A program made the translations under genes and the position numbers. DNA of 63,419 bases, counting the filler, from Rhabdomonas costata (Eukaryota), in the NCBI GenBank assembly GCA_019059605.1. It is 33 parts of 33 records of this genome, joined end to end, with 100 filler letters (N's around TTAATTAATTAA, not from the genome) between each part and the next. Parts side by side here need not be neighbours in the genome. Positions count along the whole stretch, not along the records: positions 34,662 to 36,484 come from JAHMHO010008535.1; positions 36,585 to 38,408 come from JAHMHO010008536.1; positions 38,509 to 40,332 come from JAHMHO010008537.1; positions 40,433 to 42,256 come from JAHMHO010008538.1; positions 42,357 to 44,180 come from JAHMHO010008539.1; positions 44,281 to 46,104 come from JAHMHO010008540.1; 27 more parts are not named here. One strand, 5' to 3'. How positions within the stretch are numbered: the first letter of the stretch is position 1; every line of letters begins with the position of its first letter. A model generated the notes under the pieces. It did not search any database. It was not told the origin of the DNA and worked only from the letters and a program-made list of their open reading frames with translations. This document shows, in pieces, positions 35,377 to 46,104 of this stretch.

Positions 35377-36363
35377 AGCAGAGCGTGCACCGCCCCGGTA
35401 TGGCCCTTGAGGGTTCGCGTCTCGGGAAACCCAGCCTGCGTGTGTTGCGAGCTCAGGTGTGCAACTGAAGTGGGTGGGGGAGAAAGTGGGAACGGTGCTT
35501 GAATCATAATCTGGAAGCTCCGGTGAAGTATCCATCTCTATACTACCTCAAACTTCGGCTCAAAAGCCCTTAAGGGCCAATATGGGCTAGCGCATAAATG
35601 AGGTTTTTGAGATTTTTCGGAAGCCAATTCAAGTGCGAGGGAAGTGACAGCGTGCAAACTGGATGCTTTTCATACATGGCCCACAGTTGAAAAGGACCCC
35701 AAAGGATTTCCAAAGGAAAAAAGGAGTTCCAAAACAAAACAACTTGTGAAGGGGAAAAAAAGCCACTAAGAGCAATGTGGGGTGGCGGTATCGTGGGAAG
35801 GAGGGAAGAAGATTCCTGTGTGAGGTCCCAACTCCGGATGGTTGCGTCCTCAGAGCCGCTGTAGAGCTCCCCGTTAACCTCACACAAGCACAGCACCGGA
35901 CCTGTGTGCCTGTGCGGGAAAAAGGTCAGACGGTCTTTATTTCCCCCTGATTATGCACCTGAGGCAAAAGACTGCGAGGCTGTGCTTGGAGATGCTCTCC
36001 TATTCTCTGCCATTCTCTGAAGCAGGTACTTTCTCCCTGGAAGTAAGCGGGTTTGCGGTTCTTAGAGAGGAGGTGCAAAGGGGCAGCCCGGAAACGAGAT
36101 CCCGTCGCCTCACCGGCTTTGAACGGGCACGCACAGAAGCACAGAATATGCGGTGGGGCTGTACAATACTGACATTTCTCAAACGCTGGGCCGGAAAGAA
36201 AAAGCAAAATTACGGCTTACATCCACACGCACGCACACGCACACGCACACGCAAATGCACATGCACATGCACATGCAATGCACACACACCGTGAAAGCGT
36301 AGCCAGACAGTTCAAAGTCTCCATCTGCCAAACCTTGATGGTGTTGTCCATCGAAGCAGTGAA
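35377..36363 (-). CDS. WD40-repeat protein fragment (exons 36363-36290, 35909-35816, 35435-~35377)
   Basis: FTASMDNTIKVWQ..CLATLSR|HTGPVLCL..LYSGSEDATIRSWDLTQ|AGFPETRTLKGHTGAVHAL; the second intron appears to be GA-AG. Confidence 0.9.
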
Positions 36364-36746
36364 CTGCAGAGACAAGATGCTGAAAAGCAAGGCGCATGGG
36401 TTTATGTGGTTGTTAAGGCGTTGCCATTTGGCCGTTAGAGCACAAGCGTGAATCCCCTTAGTGCAGCCTGCATCCCCCACCACCNNNNNNNNNNNNNNNN
36501 NNNNNNNNNNNNNNNNNNNNNNNNNNNNTTAATTAATTAANNNNNNNNNNNNNNNNNNNNNNNNNNNNNNNNNNNNNNNNNNNNGGGTTTGGGGGGCGTC
36601 GCTAGCTTTCTGTGCATGGGCATTCTGGCATGGCCTGTATGGCGTGTGTGCGTGCCTTTTTGAGGGAGACCGCAAAGGCACGGAAGGCATGGAATAACCG
36701 CTGGTGGAAGGGCGTCGTGCCTTCGTCTTGCGGCATGCGGACGTAG

Positions 36747-37561
36747 GCTTAATTTGGATGACGTGCTGGCGTGTGGGGCCAGCGACGGTCAGCCGTACCA
36801 GCTTCGGCTCGTGCCCCTAAAGGATTCGGAGGACTTCTCTATGGCGGTGTATGTCGGGGTGTGCGCCCCGCTGCGGGGGAGCAAGCCTCGGGCTCTCTCC
36901 ACGTGGGCCGTGATTGGGGTGCTCGAGGGGAAGGAGCGCAAGTTGCTCTACGCCAGGGACCGGTATGAATTGAAACCGTTGGGGGGGGGTCTCTTCGTTG
37001 GTCTTCTCTTTTCGAGAAGTCACTCCAACCCTCCACCACCACCACCACCTGCCAACTAACCCTGTCTAAAGCCCCTTGAAGAATTTCCACTCTCCCCTTG
37101 GCTATATCTGTATCTGTATCTGTCCGCTCCCCCTCTTTCTCTCCCTCTGTGAGATGTATTCAGATAAGAAGGGCTGCAAAAACTCGGCGTCCAGCCCACT
37201 CACAAAGGTCCCACTCCGCCCCTGGGGGGAGGCCAAACAGAGTCACTCCAGTAGTACATCATTGAGCTGCTCAGCTCAGAGTTCGCCCCCATACCCCCCT
37301 ATGCGCACATGCGGATGTAGGACGCAGGCTTCGCCTGGAGCTGTGCGGGAGAGCTCCTCGCGGGTGTACTCTGCCTCCCACCAGCACCGTGTGATGGGGC
37401 TGCTAGCCGGGGACATCCACCAAAACTACAACGTGGATGGTAGCCGGCCCTCCATCACCGTGCACCTGTACGGGTCTCCTCTAGAGCTTGTGGAGACGGA
37501 GATCTTTGACACCTCCGCGGGAACATCCCGGAAGTGCCTGGAGCACGACTGCATGGAGTAG
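36747..37561 (+). CDS. Cysteine dioxygenase-like cupin, last two exons (36747-36962, 37321-37561)
   Basis: TWAVIGVLEGKE..GDIHQNYN..PSITVHLYG follows CDO/thiol dioxygenase motifs; phase-2 GT-AG join; TAG stop. Confidence 0.7.
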
Positions 37562-37874
37562 GTTGGTTTTCTGTACAGACCTGTGGCTGGCTGCGTGTTG
37601 ATGCCTGTGTGAGCCCGAAGCTTTTCGTCTCGGATTTCTTGTTCTTCTCTAGAGCAAAGGGATCAGTGGAAGATGCCATGAGTTGGAATTCCTTGAGGAC
37701 TCTGTTGCCACCTCCGTTGAGGTGGTGACGTTGGTGTTGCAGCGCGATCCTCCTTGCTGGCACTCGGTTTCTTTCGCAGATTACTTTTGATCTACCGCGT
37801 CGATCACATTCGTTTTTCGAATCTAAGGCCAGCTCCCGAGAGGAAGGCTCGAAGTGGGGAGGGCGTTAAGTGAG

Positions 37875-38400
37875 ATGGCTAAGCGAGTTGCTATCACAGG
37901 GGCCAGTAGCGGGATTGGCGAGGCGGTGGCCCTAGACCTGGCGGCGCGAGGGCACATGCTCTTCTTAACGGTGTGTGCCCAATACCCTCCCCCTCTCCCT
38001 TTCTCTTCTCCCCGATCCCGGGCTCCTGTGAAATAGTGGGGGTTGGGCACCCCGGAACCAACGGTACTCGTTTAAAGCCAAAAAATCTAACTTGTCGAGC
38101 GTTGAACGCTTAGGATCCCGACACACACTACTTCACAAGACCCAATTCCCATGGTTCCCTTTTTGCTGAGGTATAAAACCTGAGGACGCAGACTTTCAAT
38201 GTTACTAAGTATCCTATGGGGGGGGCGTCAGCTAGATAACGGGAAAGGAAAAAGAACTACAGCGACAGTGGAAAAGACGACACTGAGAAGGGGAGGAGTG
38301 GCTGTGCTGTGCTGTGATCTCGTCGTGTGCGGGGCCTCCCTTTCAGGGCCGCAGTGAAGCTGCGCTGGCCAGGGTTGCCGAGGCGGCACGCGCCGAGACC
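37875..38400 (+). CDS. Short-chain dehydrogenase/reductase, 5' part (exons 37875-37970, 38347 onward)
   Basis: MAKRVAITGASSGIGEAVALDLAARGHMLFLT|GRSEAALARVA, with the TGxxxGIG Rossmann motif. Confidence 0.92.
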
Positions 38401-38854
38401 ACACACCCNNNNNNNNNNNNNNNNNNNNNNNNNNNNNNNNNNNNNNNNNNNNTTAATTAATTAANNNNNNNNNNNNNNNNNNNNNNNNNNNNNNNNNNNN
38501 NNNNNNNNGGTTTGTGGGCGATTCACGTGCCGTCTCCCCGGGGGTTGCGGGTCAGTGCACCTGAAGAGGCACTGCCACTTCAGGTGTGTGTGGGGTACCT
38601 CCCACAACTTTACACACCGTACCCCCAATAATTGTCACACACTTCTGGCTGACTGCGTGGATTTCGCTTCACAAAGAATGGCATCAAAACGGCAATAGAG
38701 TTAGGAAGCAAAAGGCGCCGTCGACATAAGGCTGGTTTCTGGAGATGCTGGCCTCGCGCCACGCCACTCCGTTCGTCCGGCCTTCGATGCCGAATGACGC
38801 ACATGATCACAATGACGGAAAGAGGGAGAGAGGGAGAGGGATGGAGGGGCGCAC

Positions 38855-40212
38855 GTTTGGACAGCTCGCCGCTGGCCCATCCACGCGGATGTAGAACAGC
38901 ATGTAGGGCACGTCCGAGCCCCGCTGGCGGGCGATGGGGTTGTGGTGCTGGATGCTGCCTGGCTGCACCACGGAGTCGTTGAACACAAACCTAGGCCCAC
39001 CCCCACCCGCAAAGTGTGTGTGTGTGGGGGGGATACTCATGCACAACACGTACAACGGAGGTACGGTGAGGGGCAGGGGAATACAGATGCAGTGAGAGGA
39101 CACAAACCCCCCGTCAACCTTCCTTCCAGAAAAGTATTTTAGACTACTCCGTTTAGACGACGCCTCATTAAAAGACTAATGACAATCCACGCCATTCGTA
39201 TCTTCGGGTCTCTCGCCCTGCTTCCAGAAAGAAATGCAGTTTAAAAAGCATTCGCGCTGCTTGCACGGATGCTGCGACGTCTTGTCACCTGAGTGCACCG
39301 CGGTTTCCGAACACGCACTCACTTAATAGTTTCGCTTGCTCGCTCGCCCACTCCTACACAAACCACTGCCGGTACTGTGGGGGAAGGGTGGCGCCCGGCA
39401 GGCACGCCGCCGAGCGCCGGGCCACGCAGTAGTAGTGCCCGCACTGCGCCGAGGCCCCCGAGTGCACCACAACGGCGTACAGCTCGTAACGAGCACCACC
39501 CTCGTCGTCCTTTGGCACGCCCCGCACAAAGACAAAAAACACGCGCAGAACGACCGGGCGATAAAGCAACGGAAGCCTTTCTGTGCAATCGGGGACTTTT
39601 TACACGAACAATGGCATGCCCGAACAAACGGGGTGCCCATTTTCCGAGGTACAGTATATGGTAAAAATATCAGCATACAATTTCTCTTGTTGACAGAGGT
39701 GCAATGCTAACTTTTGGAGCTCGCAGTGACGCGCAGTTTACGTGTCGCTGGGATTCAAAAAACAATACAAACAGAATTTGTTACTGTTTTCGCCTAAACG
39801 TATCCAAAGGTCAAACATGAGGCAGTTGTTACAGGGAGCTAATATGACTGAATAAATCTGCGACACCGACTCGACACAGCTATCTTTCCCTTTGATGGAT
39901 CCGCGGATGATATTCATGTCTCCAGGAGACCTCCAGGAGAACCCATTCAGTGTGCATATGTGCCTGCGCTTGAGGTAGCGTGGTAAGGGTGTGTGGGGGG
40001 GGTCGCCGGACCACGGACAGGGGAAGCGTCAGAGTCACCGGGAACTCCACGGGGCAAACAATCTTGCGACGGGTCTGCGCGCCGCGGTCGTAGTAAAACC
40101 GGCCCAGCACGAGCAGCAGGTGAGCAGGGGGGGATGTGATCTCCACCACCCGGCGGGCATCCCTCTTTGTGGCGCACCGGTCGCAGTGGTACTGGTTCTC
40201 TCCACACAGCTC
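38855..40212 (-). CDS. Ubiquitin-specific protease (peptidase C19, USP35/38-like), catalytic C-terminal half (exons 40212-40012, 39509-39364, 38990-38855)
   Basis: LCGENQYHCDRC..LLLVLGRFYYD..KI, YELYAVVVHSG..GHYY, WFVFNDS and PYMLFY; phases consistent. Confidence 0.92.
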
Positions 40213-40651
40213 CTGCGCCCACGCACAAACTCAAGCAGAAAGAAACACAGCCAGAGGCATGAGTTTGAATAAGCAGAAAGGCTCGAGGGCACAGTATTTG
40301 ATTTCCTGGTTCAATACTGTGGACACACAACCNNNNNNNNNNNNNNNNNNNNNNNNNNNNNNNNNNNNNNNNNNNNTTAATTAATTAANNNNNNNNNNNN
40401 NNNNNNNNNNNNNNNNNNNNNNNNNNNNNNNNCCGTGCCCTTTTTGAGTGTTCAGCCGTTCCGTGTACGGCTGAAAACATCGCTGATATGATGATGATAT
40501 CGCTCAGCTTTTGGGGGTTGCTTGACGGGGCGCTGGTGCATCCTAAAATGACAGGCTGCGACCGAACCGTTGGAAGCCAGAGAATGGAGAGGTTTGAGGG
40601 GACCAGGAATGGTTGCCTTTTGTTTTTTGTTGGCATCTCTTTGTGTCTCAG

Positions 40652-42256
40652 GCTGTGTCCTCGATATGGTGGTACCATGCTGGAGTGGTGCCCGCGCCTT
40701 GCAACTCCACGGATGTCGTGCCTGGGTACCTGATGTGTACCGTCCCGCTGAGCATGGAGACCACGGTGGCAGTGGTCCTGCTCTTCCAGGGCGTGGTGGG
40801 TCGCTGGGACCTCTTCGTGCGCGCACAGAGCGCGGGGTTTACGGTGAACATTCCGACCTCAGAGCTCCTTGTGGTGGTTCACTCCGCGCCCATCTGGCAG
40901 CTGCTCTTCCCTGCCCAAGCGTCCCAGGTGTGAATCCTTCGGATGCTTCGCGTTTCCTCCCGTAGCGGTTCCTTGATGTGCATCCGTTCCTTGATGTTTC
41001 CGACCTCTGCTCCCCTTGTTTTTATACGCTGCTGTTGTTTTTGTTTTTACGGTTACTCCATAGACCGTGTTCGCACGTTCGTTGGTTTGGCGGTGGACGT
41101 GAGGTTGCAAGCCGTGGTACAGCGGATATATCACTGCTATTCCTGCTTTCCTTGTACTAGCTTCACAGTTGGTATGTTCCGCCAAGACTTTCCGCCCTGG
41201 TAACTCCGGAAACTAGTGGAGAGAGCGAGTAAGCCAGAGAAAACCGAGGTCAATATCGGTTTCCTATGGGAAACGATAGCCAGAGCAGAATGTTGGAAAA
41301 CCGAACTCAATCATCTTCGGCAATTCACACAATGACGTAGAAATGAGCCTTTGGTCTCCAGGTAGGTAGGTAGGTAGGTAGGTAGGTAGGTAGGTAGGTA
41401 GTTTATGGCTCTGTCTTCATTGGCAGAGGAAGGAATCAAGAGATCTCCCGTGCTGCGTATACAGTGCTGTCATGTGTTTTGGCAGGAATTGGACCTGCTG
41501 TTCTTCTGCCCGCCGCTTCTGGGGAACTCCAGCAACTGCGCGGTGAGCGTCAACGACAGTGTGGTGCTGGTGCCGCGGTGGCTTGCCTGCCCTGCGGACT
41601 CTTCTGCGGTTCAGAGTGGGATGACCGAACCCCAAAGTAACCTGGACGTCTACCCGCCGCAGCCTACGGCCCTTCTCCTTCGGCTTTGGGTGCTCACCCC
41701 TGCGGACTATCTGGTGTGCTACAAGCTGTACACCGCCCCGAGCGAACCCGTGGCGGCCTACGTCCCGCTGCTCAGCGGCGGGCAGGGCTCGGTTCTCCAG
41801 GTCGCACCAGCTAACCCTGTGGCCTACACGGTGTACCCGCCCACCCCGATGCAGGGGCAGATTGTCGCGGTGCAGCTCACGGGAACGGGCCTGGGCACCA
41901 CCGGGCTGGATTCCGTGATGGTTGTGGACGCGCCGAGCGGCTTCTCCAGCTGTGCCCCTTCCGCTCTGGTCTCTGGCAGGGCAGGGGTGTGTGCCACTCA
42001 GGTGGCCTCAGCACGAGTGAACAGCACGTACGCCCTGCTCAACCCCTCGGACCCCTTGGCGGGCACCCAAGCCTTCTTCCAGGTGACCTTCCAGCAACCT
42101 GGAAACTACTGCGTGTGCTACCGCCCCAACACCACAGCCCCATGGACCACCCTCCTCACGCCCTTGCCCGTCGCTGTGGGGGTGCCCGCGAACTACACCG
42201 TCAGGAACAACACCAATGGCACGCACCAGCTGATCGCGGTGGCCTTTCCGCGGCTT
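40652..42256 (+). CDS. Large extracellular/cell-surface beta-rich repeat protein fragment (exons 40652-40927, 41486-42256)
   Basis: Long open exons in phase 0, repeated Y.VCY(K/R) motif, several N-x-S/T sequons, Cys pairs. Confidence 0.65.
41360..41401. repeat. (AGGT)n microsatellite
   Basis: About 10 AGGT units inside the intron. Confidence 0.95.
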
Positions 42257-42728
42257 NNNNNNNNNNNNNNNNNNNNNNNNNNNNNNNNNNNNNNNNNNNN
42301 TTAATTAATTAANNNNNNNNNNNNNNNNNNNNNNNNNNNNNNNNNNNNNNNNNNNNTTGTTTTTGTTTGTTGCACAGTCAGGATTAGTTTGCTAATCCTG
42401 AGAGGCGTGTGAGGTTGCCTGAAGATGTCGGTCGGTGAGAACTTAGCGAATGCGAAAAGCCGCTACCCAAATGCGGTGTCCTCAGCGTTTGGAGATCTTA
42501 CCCTATCCCTATTCGTCTCCACGGTCTAAGCACCTTGCCCATCATTGTGCATTGCCTGCTGAGCACATGACGCTGTCCGTATCCTGCGTTTGCTGACAAG
42601 GGATCGCTGATCCTTGTTTCACAGTGTCAGAACGTGTCCTGTCATTCTCTCCTCCGGTTCCCTCCCATGCCCCATTAAATCTCTCTCCGTGTCTCTCCCT
42701 GGATTGGGTGCTGTATGTGTTCACACAG

Positions 42729-43982
42729 GCTAAGGCCCGGTTTACGCTGGACAAGCACTCGCACTACGTCTTCACCCCACGCGATCTGAGCAGCTGGGTG
42801 GCCAACCTGCTGCACTACGACATGGACAGCTGCGACTTGCTCGACGTCCTGCACTACGAGGGCTGCCGGCTGTTCAGTGACAGGCTGGTCACGGAGAAGG
42901 AGCGCCGCGAGGCCTGTGCCCTTCGCTCTGTGGGATAATCTTTGGGGTCGGGGTCTATGGGATTATAACAGAAACACTCGACGTAAAACCTATCGTTGGT
43001 CGCTTCAGCTCTTTGTCCAATGAACCCGACCCCACGGCATCGCAATTCCGTTTGCTTCGGCTTAATTCACGGGGTTCGCCATTCTTGACCTTCCTCACAA
43101 TGCCCATGTGTCCACATCTACAAAGTGTAAAGGCAGGGCACAGAATCGGGGGATCTAACATCGTGAACAAAGTGTACAGTATCCATCCTTCCGTTCATAT
43201 TCCGAGGAACCGCATTCTGCTTTGGCATACTATTTTTGCAACTTGGACCATTGGTTTTTTTCGAGCCCTCCAAGTGATTGCATTTCATTTCACAGTTCGG
43301 AGACATCCTGACGGGCGAGCTCTCACGAGACTGGCAGTACTTCCCCAAGGAGGGCCCGATGTACTTCGTGTCCTGGCTGGACACTGGTGCGTATGTGTAT
43401 AACTGCATCGGGTTTCCCGTCGTCACACTGAGTGGGTATGATATCAACCACACCGCACATGCGACATAGCCACCGCTGCTGTGCCTTGTTTGTCACAGCC
43501 CAGACATCAATCTCAAACAGAATGCCAGGAATGCCTTCTTTGGCGGTTTCCCATGTTTTCCAGGTTTGCCCCGCTGCCCTTTGCACATTTTCCCACACCC
43601 CACGCGGCTGGCTGAACATCTTCCGTTTGGCGCAGCGCTGCGATGCCATCCGTTCTAAAGGCAAGCTTTTTCGCCGCTGCCTCGGGTTTGCCAGGCTGGG
43701 TTTTTTGAGTAGAATGGCCTTTTCCTGCAGGAGTCTCCAAGCACAGCAAGCACAGCTCCTCCCGGCACAAGGACAAGAGCAGCCGCCACAGCAAGAGTGG
43801 GAAGGGCGAGAGCACCAGGTCCGGGGGCAAGAAGCTGATGGGCATCCCCGCGGCTGACTTCGCGAAGGCCCTGGCTGCCGCGAAGACCGGGTTCGCCCGG
43901 GAGTTCCGCGAGCTGGACCTCATTGACATCCCGGAGACCTTGATGTGGGTCTGCCGCACGGACCGCGTACTCGCCCAGCCAG
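42729..43982 (+). CDS. DYNC2H1: Cytoplasmic dynein-2 (IFT dynein, DHC1b) heavy chain, AAA3-AAA4 region (exons 42729-42911, 43296-43386, 43731-43982)
   Basis: ARFTLDKHSHYVFTPRDLSSWV..LLHYD..YEGCRLFSDRLV..E|FGDIL..DW..YFVSW..FAREFRELDL..RTDRVLAQPG; FTxDxxSHYxFTP is dynein-2 type. Confidence 0.85.
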
Positions 43983-44536
43983 GTGTGGCATATGGATCGA
44001 CAAACTTTGTGTAAGAGCCGCGAGCACTCTCATTTACTCACCCTGCCGAAGTACGGTGCGACCGTGTTTGTGCATGCCTGTGGAACAGACACTACACACA
44101 AGGCCGGCAGAGTGTAAAGGGTCCAGACCACTGCACACGAACATGCACACACACAATCGTTGTCAACGGACACACAAACANNNNNNNNNNNNNNNNNNNN
44201 NNNNNNNNNNNNNNNNNNNNNNNNTTAATTAATTAANNNNNNNNNNNNNNNNNNNNNNNNNNNNNNNNNNNNNNNNNNNNAGGAGTGAAAAGCCCTGTTA
44301 GCACTTGGAATGTGCCCGGGAAATGATGGGGAATGGGGCGGCACTCGTAATTGTGAGGTAGCTGTCCTGCAGAATCCACAGATCAAAACCATGCAACACG
44401 AAGGGATACAAACAAAGAGTGACCGGGGGGGGGAGCCCAGCCCCTGAAGGCAGCCGCAATGAAAGTAAAACACACGGTCGGAGTTTGCGTTGCACATAGG
44501 ACAGAGCAAAACTTGCAGTGCAGAAAAAAACAGCAC

Positions 44537-46104
44537 CAGTATCCTTGAAGATCAGTGTTGGGCACCCCCTCAGAATGGCAATGGGGGGAAATCGGTGCCG
44601 AAGCGCCCCCCAGGCGACGCCCCGTGGAGCAGTTATTGGACAAAGCCAGCCTGACTATGCCTGCAAAGCAATTTTTCAAAGTAGGGGCAGCAGCAGAGGC
44701 GGAAACCTGGGTCCTTAAACTTGACTCCATACACGTCAGAGAAGTCAATGGTGGTTTGAATGCAACAGGCCTCGTGATGCGATTGATCTTGGAACTTTTG
44801 TTGATGAATGCTTTTCACCTCATCTCCCCAGCACCCATCCAGCACCCTTGGTGTTCGCAGCAACCAGAAAATAAAGGCTCTAAAAAGAGGTGGTTTTCTT
44901 CATCTGCATTCCCACTCGTTTTTTCACAAAAAACTCATACACAATGAGAACAACAGAGCTTATGCGGCTAACCTTTGAAGTCCGATCCCTGAACAACCAG
45001 TCGAGCGGGACGGGGGTAACACTGCACCCGCGTGTCTGGGGGAAAGTACACGCTCCACTCCTGGTCGGACTCCAAAAGCTGGAGCACAAACTTGTGTCCC
45101 AGGAGTGTAAGAGTCCTGTCACATGCCGTCTGTAAAGGCCCAGAAACCAATCATGGGTCGCCAAGCACTCGCGATTCAAAAAAACGACAAAAAAAACAGC
45201 GGAATATTTTGTTAAAAAAATTAAACATGAAAATGGCTCACTGGTCTGGTACTGTGACTAGTACCTTCGCGGGTACTTCGTATTTTCCAGATATCCACCA
45301 GCACGCGATAGCCAAAGCAAAGGGCGCGAACGATACCCCGTAAAGCAGATTTTGCAATTTGAAATGATGTGCTTTCAAAAGCCGCCCCCTCAGCCATTTT
45401 TCTTGGCTCGGTCCAGGGTCGAGAGCAGCTCTGAGCTCGTTGCAAGGCGGAAAGAGTTGGGGGGGGGGGCAAACCTCAACTTCATCCACGGAAAGTCGCA
45501 GAACAGTCTGCAAAGTCTCGAGCACTGGAGCTGCAAAAAACCGAATGGTAAAGCACACTCTTGGTAGAGCTTGGCAAGTCGGAGCCAGTGACACAGAGCA
45601 ATGCAACCCAAAAGCAAATTATGGGGGCGGGGGCCCACCGGATGCCCCGTGATAAATCTCGTCAAGAATGCGCCGCAACTCGCCAGACGACAAACGTGAG
45701 AGTGACGCAATCAAGAGAGCACAAGAGCAAGAGAACCCCCCACGTTCCAGAACGCGGGTTCGCTTTCCTTCACATGGCAAAACAAAACGCATCATGAACC
45801 ACACCGCACCGTATTGTATCTGGCAATGATAACAGATTTTTTTCAAAGCAGTTGTGTACGGTCTTGATTGTGGAAATTGATTGCTGATTGTAAAAACACC
45901 AAAGCAGGAAAACACCAATTCACTCTCCCGCTCTCCCGATTCCTCCAAAGCTGTGCATACATGGAGTAATGGTAGAGAAAAAACAAACCGGAATTGGTGT
46001 ATTGCATGGTAAAGAACGGTGAGCCCTGCGCCAAATGAGCTGTCATTCCCGAAGTCAGAGTAGTGGGGTTGTCAAACAAAAGGGTGGCCGTAAAATGATC
46101 GCCG
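44537..46104 (-). CDS. Glycoside hydrolase family 81 endo-beta-1,3-glucanase, internal fragment (exons 46104-45989, 45530-45475, 45129-44973, 44660-~44537)
   Basis: Phase-consistent splicing gives MTAHLAQGSPFFTMQY..KFVLQLLESDQEWSVYF..DFKGIVRLALSNNCSTG, matching GH81 N-terminal motifs L..GSP..T..Y, W..Y and F.G..R.A. Confidence 0.7.

Noticed and set aside
19834-40212. Apparent ubiquitin-system cluster (F-box, cullin, U-box, USP)
   Set aside because: Each gene is on a different, artificially concatenated contig, so there is no physical linkage.
44707-44824. Phase-compatible extra exon DEVKSIHQQ.. in the GH81 gene
   Set aside because: Including it splits the conserved DFKGIVRLA motif, and the acceptor is poor.
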